Source: Chlorokybus atmophyticus (lineage: Eukaryota; Plantae; Mesostigma and Chlorokybus algae). Taken from it: a stretch of DNA of 64,000 nt. The notes below the pieces were generated by a model. It did no database searches, was not told the DNA's origin, and worked only from the letters and a program-made list of their open reading frames with translations. How positions within the stretch are numbered: position 1 is the stretch's first letter; each line of letters begins with the position of its first letter. The stretch lies in assembly GCA_009103225.1 (NCBI GenBank), contig RHPI01000890.1, positions 275,579-339,578 on the forward strand, in the 5' to 3' direction. A program made the position numbers and the translations under genes. Shown here piece after piece: positions 27,477-38,712 of the stretch.

Positions 27477-27906
27477 TCAACACACCACAGTCAATGCCAC
27501 CTCACAGGCAGACAACACCCCTCCTCCTAACAACACCGCCGCCGCCCCTACCATCGCCCGCCTGCAATTTCTGACGAAAACGCTGTCTTCACACGTTAGG
27601 CACTGTGCTGCCATGGTAAGCTAACGTGCAGCGCCAGATTTTGCTGATAGTAACGCTAAATGCAGGGATCACGTCACGTTACGTGATTACGTCAGTTACG
27701 CAAAGCATTTTCTGGAGGGGCGCATGCATGCAGGCAGCATGCAGCCTTCCAGAGTGTAAGCTGTGCGGTGAAGCTGGTCCAGCTTGTCTTGTCACCCTTT
27801 GTGTGGCAGGCTGCCACTGGCAGCGGGCGCAGAACTTACTAGGCCTTCTGCTGGCTGTACAAAGCTTGGTTGCAATATTGCTGTGGGCAGGTCGCTGCTC
27901 TCAAGC

Positions 27907-30900
27907 ATGGCGCTGAGGCGTTCTGCAGCTCGACCGGCGCTGCTCTTTGCAGCATTGCTGTGCTGCGTGCTGCCAGCTGTGGCAATCGACAATGGCGTCG
28001 CCCTGACTCCTCCCATGGGTGAGCGCTAAAAGAATGCTTCCTGGTGTTGAAGGGTCGTGCGCTATTGTTCGCAGGCAGTAAAAGCCTGCTCAATAACTTA
28101 ATTGTTGTTGTCATTGCGGTGCATGCACGGTGTGGCTGCTCACAAATCTGCTGGTTTGTGTGGTTGCCAGGTTGGAACTCGTGGAACACTTTCCGCTGCG
28201 AGGTTTCAGAGGATCTCATCAAGCAGGTTAGTGCAATGTCTGATGTTCAGGGAAGGCCAAGGTTTCGCTGCTTGCATGGCGAACGAGCCTGTTTGCAATT
28301 GAGACGTTCAGTTTACATGTCGCATTATTCTTACTTGCTTGGTATCACTTAGACCAGACCAGAAGCTGCTCTGATGTACCCTTTGTCTAACAGTGTGATG
28401 TTGTTGGTCAGCACTGGCTGGTTTACCACATTATATGCACGAAGCAAGTGTGAACCATGTTTGGCGTTTTGTGATAGTGGCAGCGTTCATCGCAGTTGTT
28501 GTCATCAGTCCCGCGCCTAGTTGGAAGGCGCAATCAGCAGTGACACTCGCACACATGGGTACACAGCCGGTTGCTGTTCAGCACACGTAGAAGGCCTTCG
28601 TATTAATGAGACAAACGCCCATACTAAACTATATACTGCTCACAGACTGCCAACGCCATTGTGGAGCATGGACTGGACAAAGTTGGGTGGCAATATGTCA
28701 ACGTAAGTGCTGGAAATTCGGACATACTGTAGCACCAACTACGCATGCATGGGTATGAAGCCAGTGGTGCAGGTGGATGACTGCTGGCAGGGAGGCCGTG
28801 ACGAGAACGGTAACATATTTGCTGATCCCAAGCGCTTTCCTGGTGGCATGAAGGTAGGTTCTGACTGGTTCGGCAGGTCGCAAGTCATCACAGTCGATGA
28901 GTTGGTTCAAAGTAATGACACTCTTCCCTTAACAGGCGCTGGCAGACTATATCCACAATAAGGGTTTAAAGTTCGGGATCTATAGGTGGGTATCAGAGGT
29001 TGGGTTGCGTGTTGCATGCTGTAGTTGACTTTGCGGTATGTGTGTGTGTGTGGCACACATACTCCAACATGCCGTTGTGCCATGGCAGCGATGCGGGCAA
29101 CATGACGTGCGCCGGCTTCATGGGCAGCTTTGGTTATGAAGAGCAGGATGCCAGGACATATGCCGAGTGGGGTGTTGATTTTCTCAAGTATGACTGGTGC
29201 TACATGACGGTCCCGCACCCGTTTGACCCTCCCATCAAGGCATACACTCGCATGCACAAAGCTTTGAACAAGACTGGCAGGTACAAGACGTAATTGCAAT
29301 GAGTCACTGCCAATGGCGTCAAGATAACAGTGCTCTCTCGGGGTGCAGGCCAATAGTTTACAGTCTGTGTAGCTGGGGTCAAGGTATGCACATGCACGTG
29401 TGATTGTACTGTGTTCGTGCCCAACGTAAGCTGATTGTGACACCTATGCCAGGGCGACCTCACTTCTGGGGCAAGTTCATTGCAAACATGTGGAGGACGG
29501 GACCAGACTTGTTTGCGACTTGGTACGTATTCTCGACCGTATGCTCGAACTTGTGCGCCAATGCATCAGCTGGTCGCGCTGACGCAAGTCTCCCGAAACC
29601 TTTCAGGGATTTCCCAGAGCAGATGGATTTGGACCTACCGCTCGGTTACTCGAGCGTCATGGAGGCTGTGGTGACTCAAACAGACTACTGGAAGGATGCT
29701 GGGCCGGGCGGCTGGAATGACCCAGACATGCTGCTAGTACGTTTCTGTAGTTATATGACACTGGGGAGTCTCAATTGCTACTACCGATGTTGTGCGCGTA
29801 TCATGCACTGTCCACTGGCTGCAGGTAGGGATTCCTGGGCAAACTGTGCCAGAATACCACGGGACGGACAGGGCGAACAGTACTGTTGGAGGTGGCCGAT
29901 GGCTTCCGTTTACCAATGTGCTTTTGTTCTTGCAAAGACACTTGGTTTGCATGAACACACACATTGCATTGCTGTGTAGGTCTCGGCCTGCTTGAGCAAT
30001 ATACCCATTTCAGCTTTTGGGCCATGATGGCGTCACCACTCATTGCAGGTTGGCTGCATACCACCACCGCTTCACTTGTTTGAATGCGCACATTGATCGC
30101 ATAGGGGCCTTTCAGTTTCTCATAGTTGCTTTGCAGGAAACGACCTGCGTAGCATTGACGAAAACACGCTTCGCATCTACACCGCCAAAGAGGAACTCAA
30201 AGTGTTGCACAGTCAGTGGAGTGGTATTCTCTTCATCAAGCAATGGGACTGACCTTTGGCCTGTGCAGGTCATAGCGGTAAATCAAGACCTTCTCGGGGT
30301 GCAGGGTCAGAAAGTCTGGGAAGATGCGTATCGACAGATCTGGAGGAAGCCTCTCGCAGACGGTCGCTATGCCTTCCTCGGCGTCAACCTCGGCAAGTCC
30401 ACTACTGATGTTACCTTCTTGTGGAGGAGAGACTCGCCATACAATTGTCAAGATCTTACTGCTGAGGTCAGTGCTGCACTGTATGTTACTAGTTGACGCA
30501 GGCGATTTCTCATCTGCTCAGTGCCATCACTTGTGTAAGCATGTGTGTGAGTTGTTGTCCGCTTGCAATGAGTGCTGCATAGCTTTGCGGGCTGGGGTGT
30601 GCAGTACCACCTGTGCATCTTGCGTAGGTGCGCGATCTGTGGGCAGAAAAAGATCTGGGTACGTGGGCAACATCATACACAGCAACCAACTTGAAGCCTC
30701 GGGAGTCCCGGTTGCTTGCGGTGCGATTCATGGGCACAGTGGACGACAAAGGAAAGAGTAAAGGCTCTGGCAGCATCGCCTGGATGCTGGCCATCACCAA
30801 CATGCTGACGCTTCTGCTGCTTGCGCTGACCATATGGCGGTTCACTCGCGCGGGCGGCCCGCTCATTAAACCAAAGTACAAGCATGTTTCTGACTCAAAT

Positions 30901-30915
30901 GCTGAGCATGCTTGA
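27907..30915 (+). CDS. GH27 alpha-galactosidase (melibiase family) with signal peptide and C-terminal hydrophobic anchor, multi-exon
   Basis: Signal peptide, then [11 protein letters not shown]|[31 protein letters not shown] (nucleophile Asp), MWRTGPD (acid/base Asp), [14 protein letters not shown] and VRDLW. Tail [23 protein letters not shown]. Confidence 0.93.
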
Positions 30916-32372
30916 TGCTCGCGCAAGTCCGCGCAGTTGATGTGTTTTGGGAAGGCTGGAGTGCAGATTGCCACAGGGGGTTTGTAGCAAACAGCAGGCC
31001 ATGTACGGCGGGCAAGTGAGTTTGGCTAGCTAGATAGCTTAGCTGTGCAGTGGATAAAGGCGGGCATGTGGTGTTGTACTCATAAGAGTGTTGTCACTTC
31101 CTAGGTGTTAACTTAGTAGACGGTGGATTGGGTTTTGCAAGTATCTTGGTGTGAGGATATGGGTATTGTGGTAATATAATGCGGTTGCTGAGTTGTTAGT
31201 GATGATGCTCATGGCATTATGTAGGTGCAGGTTGCGCACATAAAGGGAAATTGAATTGAAAAGATTGATATGATACTTTGTGCATGCAAGGCTTTGATGC
31301 GTGGTCACTGATTTTATTATCTTAATACCAGTATCAAGATAATAATAGCAGTTATTGTATTAATGTTACAATACATAACCTGGAAGCTATGTCAAATCCG
31401 TTTGTAGTAACATTCAATATTGTGCAATGGCGCAGTCCAAATTATATACATAGCACACAGTAGTGTACACTAATATTAACAGGTTTATATGAAGGAGCTG
31501 CTGTTAAATAAATAAAAAATTCTCTATTATTGATTTTTTTCATGGTGTACCATGTTACAAATGGTTGCATTGCTTTTAACGTTTTAAAGTGTGTATATCA
31601 TAAATGTGCACATGATGGTAACTATAACGAGCCAGCTTGACTTTGCCATGTTAAGCCGCTGTGTTGTTTTCGCCTGATCGCATTCAGCGGTGCAAAGAGT
31701 TTCCTATCTTTATATACATGCATTGATTACGAATGTATTGCAGCACCATGCACAACATCTATGTACACCAATGTTAGTAGATCTCAGTATGGTACATGGT
31801 TGGATTATTCAACAATTAAGCATATACGAGTCAGCTTTGCGAAAGTGTTGTTATAGCTTGCTTCACCTTGCTGATTTTGTTCTGACTATGTGTGGTGATA
31901 GTACATTATGCGTATAGCGTGATCAGCGCATCTGTGTAACAAATAGGGTATACACTTCTGTAATTAATACAACTAAATTGTTCAGGAATGCATGCAAAGT
32001 TTGAAGCAAGTTTTGAAGTATTGTTTCATGCTTTGGTATGGTTGGATTTGTTAGCAACAATAACTCCCATGCACCATGTGTTGCCATGACTTACCAATTC
32101 AACTAATCTACCGTATAAGGTTACCTGGTCTACCTGATAGGTGGTGAGCGATTGCCCACTGTGGGTCACTCCGCATGGGGGGAGATACATCCACACATGT
32201 TCATAGCTTGATGCCCACTGGCACGGCTTCGGAACCTTACATGTACTCAAACGTCTCGGACTCGGATGAGTGACTCGAGTTGAGTTCAGAGTGAGTCGTT
32301 TGCCAGCCACGGCACACAGGCTTCTGGACGTCAGGCAGTCAAGTGTACCCGTTGAAGCACCTCCCGGCAAAC

Positions 32373-33342
32373 ATGGCGGCGGCGGCGGCGGCGGTGCTGT
32401 CTGTTAGCTCCCAGCCTTGCAGATCAGCAGTATCAATTTCTCGCCCCTTGACTCGGGCGGCCGCGACGTCGACTCGTCCTGCAGCGGTCTCAGCCGCGCC
32501 CCGGCCCAGCCTCGTCCTGGGCGCCTCCGCCTTCAAGCCCCTGCAGCGCAACAGCAGGAGGGGCCTGGTGGTGGTGGCGGCGGCGGCCTCGGATGCCGCC
32601 GCCAGCGACACCGACATCATCGTCAAGGTCAGTCACAGGGCCATGGCATTGTTTCGCTGGTCGGGCGGTTTGTTGACAGCACAACACCCTGGGATTGCCA
32701 GGGCATGGTACCATCTCGCAGTTTAAGAAGCACGGCACTAGCACTGCATCAAACTGCTTCTTTCCTTACTTCTCCGTCGCACCATTCACCGCTGTTGACA
32801 ATGATTATGTGCATGTGTGCATCGACTGCATTGACTTCACGATGTAAGCATGCACGTGCGTGTAACAGTGGACGGAGGAGCTGACGGTGATCGAGGACGA
32901 TATTGAGAAGACGATCAAGGAGGCGAAGGCGCTGGGCGAGGGCCCCGCGGCGGCCAACGAGTGGGACCGCGTGGAGGAGCTCTGCGCCGAGGCCGCCCAC
33001 AAGCGCACCCTCATCAAGGAGAAGACGGAGCGACGCCTCAAGGCCAAGGCGCCCACATACGAGGTCGACCCAGCCACCGTTTCCAGGGTGAGCAACCAAC
33101 GCTTCCATCAAACTGTCAACCACCATCATCAAGCTTGCATGTTTGACAAGTGCATTGATTGGCTTGTTGTGCAGTGGTTGGCGGATCTGGAGAACATCAC
33201 TGGGCGGATAGAGAGGACGATCGCCAAGGCGAAGGCGGCGGAGGGGGCTGCGGCTGTCAACGAGTGGGACCGCGTTGAGGAGCTGCGCGCAGAGGCATCA
33301 CACAAGCGCGAACTCATCAAGGAAGCCACCACCAAATATTGA
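32373..33342 (+). CDS. Plastid-targeted protein with two tandem CP12-like N-terminal modules (exons 32373-32627, 32869-33087, 33175-33342)
   Basis: Ala/Ser/Arg-rich transit peptide ending RRGLVVVAAAA. Two repeats of IE.TI..AKA......NEWDRVEEL.AEA.HKR, matching the CP12 AWD_VEEL core. Phase-0 GT-AG introns. Confidence 0.75.
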
Positions 33343-36300
33343 GTGTGTTCGCTTTCCACAGTTGGGTATTAGGTTTGATGCTCTTCACCTGCCTCCGTGC
33401 GAGTCGTGTGTTGTAGTGCTCGCATGTTATGGCATCATGCGTTGAGGCAGCTACTTATGTAACAAGATCTCCATACAATTGCATGGGAAGCGAGCATTGC
33501 CGACAGCAATTTGTAGCCCATGCCCATCGTTATTCGCTTGGTGAATTTGTATGCATTGCCTACCAAGCTTGCATTGCTGCGCACCTTGAAGTGTATAACA
33601 GACGGTATGCTAGGATATGTGGGTGAATGTCAGAGTGGTCATGCTGTGGGCTCACTGCAGGATGCAGTGTTGGGGGAGTTGTGGTGTTTACATTAGATGT
33701 GCAAGTGGTAGTGGTACAGCTATCATCTGTGAGGAAAAGCGCAATACCCAGCATTGCAATCATGTAGTTTACGCACGAGAAACAATTTGCATTGTCAATT
33801 AGAGGTCAATATGGCCTTTACTTTGCAAGTTACAATGCAAAACATCTTGTTGGATCAATAGCAACTTCAATTGCAATCACAATAGCCATAGCAATGGTAC
33901 TAGTAATAGCAACGCTTACAACTTACTTGACAAGCTTCACGCGAGTCATGTTAGAGGCAGGTGGCATAACCAGAACCATCACTGTTTTTCGGACCCTGGG
34001 TGCAAAACGAGATTTTCAGATATTGCGGTTGTTTCCCTACCCACATGATGATGGGCGAGACAAGGCTTCTTGCAATAGGGAAACTTACAGTTAAGTATAC
34101 ATTTGCGAAGGATATAGAAATGAAGTATACAACAGGTAATCAAGTGACTTGCCATTTGACAACATTAGAAATGTTTCAAAATGGTAGTAGTAAGCATCCG
34201 GACGAAACAATTATTGACAAGCATAAATGAGCTTGCGAAGTATGGGGTAAGAGGAGGAAAGGGGGAAGAGGGGATTCATCTCGATTATTTTTTGTTATAC
34301 CACCGTGCAAGCTGATATGCACAACGCACAAGAAGATGGAGTAGGTAAGAACGAACTGTCCAAAAACTGTGTACGGTACAAGCCACATATACCACATATA
34401 TTTATGTGGAGTCGGCGGCCGGGGGGAGGAGGAGGAGTCGGTGCTAAGGGATTGAGCTTGTTAGCTTGTCAAAAAGTAAACTTCTTATCGTTTGATATAT
34501 ATTACAATAAGGTTGTTATTTTATACATCCCTTATTGAATGGCTTGGTCAGCTCCTTTCATGCCGTACGGGATGTTGTCATTTACGCAATGTACGCGAAG
34601 CCAAAACATAACGACTGAAAACGCTATATCACAAGCAACACCAGCGTGTCACACTATGATATAGCAATATCAACTTGATGTTGTTTTGTTGTAACATCCG
34701 CTGATATAATTTATGTTTGTAACAATACGTTGATATGTTTATGGTGAAATACACGAAATGCAATTGCGTTGCATTTTAACCTTAATATGTCAAAAATATT
34801 ATCTTTATACATATCGCATTTATATTCGTTACATTATACGTTGCATGTATACATTTGTCACTTTTGCATGCCTCTATAAATGGAATAGCAAGTACTTACA
34901 TACATGTAAAAGACCAACTTGCAAAGCTGGATAAAGGCCATTTATGCCAGTTTTGCAAGTCAGGCTTCGACATGTGCCTGCGCAAGGAGTTACCTTAAAC
35001 ATATGGAAAACCAGTGCGGTTAATAGCTAACCACGTGTTTATCAAATTTCGCGGGTAACTTGCAGCTTCAATTGCACGAGTTGCTAATGCACTATGACAT
35101 TAGGTATGCAAGCTGCACAAAAGAAGATCACCGGATCGCTTTTGATGAACAGTACGCAAGACTTGTCTTTGCGCCGCGCAAAGACAATTCTTGCGCACTT
35201 GCGGCAACATAATCTTGGTCATTTTACTGACACATTTAGCACGTACATTATTATGTACATTTTAGCACACCAACACTCAAATTAACACAACCAATATACA
35301 ATCAGCGCTTGTTTACAGGCTGATCGACAGCTACATAAAAGTTACCTAAGCACTACTTGCGTGACGGTGGCTCTTGCCACACAAAAAGAGGTTAATTATG
35401 GAGCCATCTATTTATTTCTTAATAGCATGTTATAACATCTCTGCCGAAGCCGAGAAAAACTACAGCAGGAATACAGATAGCTAAACTTCAAGACACAAAT
35501 TCATGCAGCAGCAAAGAATATATGTTACTTTCGTGCACAGACAGTAAGGAAAGCGCATGCATTCACGATTGTCACGATCTCAGCAGCAGCCTTCTTGTAA
35601 GTGTTTGCATATGTGTCCATTATTGAGACGTAATACACACTATGTGCACTGATATTATACAATGTGTGACAATCAGTTGAATGGTAAAAAGGATTGACAT
35701 GCTATGCATAACATCAATGCAACCTTTGGTGAAATGCATGTAAAAAAACGTTTTTGTTGTAGTTATTACAGTCTGATATATGCGTTTTACCTGATGATTA
35801 CCAATGACAATACTTATGTTATAGACTAGTGATTTTTCTTTTAAACAGTAGTAATGAGCTAGGTAATCAATTAAAAAGTCTAATGTATATAGTATATTAC
35901 ATTCCGATGATGCAATGCATTGTGATTCACTTTGCTTTTTATGCTTTACTGAATGTTACGCAAGGTTGTAAATCGCGTTGAAAGCTTTGCAATTGCAGGT
36001 TTTTGTACCTTCGATTGAGCATTGTTACACAATATGTTTATTTGCTCTTACACGCGAATACTCATATGGTGATCATGACTAGCCCAGTTTAAATTATTAA
36101 TTTATATGCTGCATGCTTTTCGACTTGTAGCTTAACGCTATGGCGAGCCCCCATTTATCACCACTCTGAAGAGGGAGGTTGCCCGTATGTGGCTTGCAAT
36201 TTTTCTTCGTTTGTAAAGTTGTTAAGGAAATAAGCAATTGACAATTAATTGCGTGTTCAATATATCGTGAGTAATTACCGGCTCCAATCACACAAGTTTC

Positions 36301-37897
36301 TAGAGCGCTATGTGGCACCAACATTCAAGATCGCCGTTATTAACGAACGCCCTTAAGTAAGCTCAAAAAGGGGTACCATCAAATCGCCAAGAAAGAAAAG
36401 AAAGTGAAAGATTTCAACTCGCGGCATTTCTACCGCCAGTGGCAACTCTTTATTTGCTGGCTCCCTTAGCACGTACATTACACCAATGTACATATTAACA
36501 AGTCTGCACAAAAAGGAACGAAACTTATATACAATCAGCGCTTGCATAAGGTGGGTATGCGTAAACCAGCAGCTACAATATACTATAGTTGCCAAAGCGC
36601 TTCTAGCAATGCGGTGTATCCTGTTGCAAGAAGTGGTGTTCATTAGCACGTCAAGTTTGGTCCTCAATATCATGTATAGTATATAATGCGACACTCCTAC
36701 TCAAGCTAACGTATGGGCACATACGCACACATGCACAATTAGCATAAAAGGTACCCATGTAGGAGTCAACGCCACATCCTGTACACTCAACAACCGCTCA
36801 AGTGCTCGTAATACCTTCATTATGATAATAAATATGATACGGCGTCATTACGTGACATGTTGGATTGTATGGTATTTCATCTCAGTATGACAGTTGCCTG
36901 TACATATGTAAACAACATAGTCAATAGCCGTAAGAACAGAACGTTATTAACAAGTAATAATGCAAGTGACGTAATAACATGTTTAAATGATGATCATTTT
37001 CTGCGCTGTCTCTCTTTGTCTCGTTATATAATGCGGATGCCCCTTCTCATGCAAAGTGCCCCCCTTGACTTCCAAATTTTGTATTGTAGTAAAAGTAGGA
37101 CCCCCCCCCCCCCTTTGGGTATACTATAGAATTGTGCTTGCTTGGGCAGTGTGAACGGCGAACACGTCATAAGCAGTTGTTGTGAGCCTCCTCTCAAGGC
37201 GACATAAATTTGCGTTCGTGGCGGGGTGCGATCTGCTCGGCACGTGCGCTGCTTTCTACTGGACCGCTGGTACGGGCACCCGCGCCACAAAGAAAGCAGC
37301 TTTTGTCAGTTTTGATGCGACTTCTGCATAAGAATCACCCTCAACGCGACGAGGCGGCTGCAAGCACCTCGCAATCGTGACGCGCCCATGCGCTTCTTAT
37401 AATGAAGGCCCTTCAACGCCACACCTTTCACTGTCAGGGGCCTCACGTGAGGGTGTCACGCCAATATCCCCATGATGGGACAAGCCGCCCATCCGACGGC
37501 ATATAGACCACAGACGTCAAATCAGACCAGCAACAAAAATATCAATAGGGACCCCACCATTGGCTTCTGCAGGGACGGCTTCCACGGAGAGTCGCGACTC
37601 AGGGCGCGACCCAGAGCTTAGCAATGCAGTCCATTGCTTACTCGCTCGGTTTTGTATGATGCCCTTCCCCGTCCTTTTCCACTTCGTCGTCTTGCATTCT
37701 CGCTCAAAGCAAGGACTGCTTTTTGTGCCTTTCTCCGACAGTCATGTTCAACAAACCGCCGTAATACACACGCTAAACACCGACGGCTGGTGCGGCATAC
37801 ACTGTGTTAAGCTTCAGCCGGACAATGAAGCCGGTGGTACGTTTGAATGTTTGTGTGTGCGTAAATTCACCACAGTTGACGGTACTTGTGCTGGTGC

Positions 37898-37898
<1 letters not shown>

Positions 37899-37931
<33 letters not shown>
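37899..37931. repeat. (GGC)n trinucleotide repeat
   Basis: Run of ggc units about 0.8 kb upstream of the receptor kinase. A similar run borders the gap at 61601-61632. Confidence 0.9.
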
Positions 37932-37933
<2 letters not shown>

Positions 37934-38712
37934 TCTCCGCGGTATGGTGCATGTCGCAAGCGGAAAGCTGTCCTGTTGTGTTGCTGCTTTCTAGCAGCAA
38001 CGTGGTTGTGCTTACCAGCTCCAACAACAACGCTCAACAGTCGCAGCAGCGGTGGTGACACTGAGCCAGTGCATGAGGTGCGTGTTTGGTACGCAAGCAT
38101 GGTGGGGGCGGGTGGGTTGGCATTCAGAATCGCTGGCAAAGATGATGTCAGCGTGCATGCTACAGCGGGTTGCACCGCTCACTGCAGTAACTGCAAGTAT
38201 AGTCGGTCATACGTCAAGTTCCAGCAAGGCTGTAGGCATGCAGTTGTCGTGCTAGTGTGCAGTTCAGTAACATGCTTGGCTTCGTGTGCATGCAGCTTGC
38301 ACATGTAGGTATATGTGCCTGCCGCTACTTGTAGCGCATAGCCGTCGCTTGTGGTGCGCATAAGTTGGCGCCCGCGGCCAGCCGCGGTTGTGACTAGACA
38401 GCTGCCGCGTGAATGACTCTTGTCACTCCGCTCAGTCCTTGGCCAAAGCGGTGACTGCGTTTTTGCGCGTTCAAGCTTGCAACGCTACTAGGGGCTGTTG
38501 TAGTATGCATGCTATTCAGTTTGCGTCACGCTTAGGATTCTGCCGCCACGCCTGTCAGACGGCTTGCTTTTTGCACTTTCAAGGCACCCTTTGGCACTGG
38601 AAAGCAAGCAAGCTTGAACAACCACCACCACAAACACGACAGCAAGAACCACACTGGTCGTATACACACTGCTTCATCATCCTACAGGGTGCTGGTCGGC
38701 GGCCTCAACATC

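Noticed and set aside
32373-33342. Canonical CP12
   Set aside because: It lacks both conserved cysteine pairs and the C-terminal GAPDH-binding segment, so no gene symbol was assigned.
33500-37300. AT-rich block as an endogenous giant-virus insertion
   Set aside because: No long ORFs or recognisable viral hallmark motifs. Base composition alone is insufficient.
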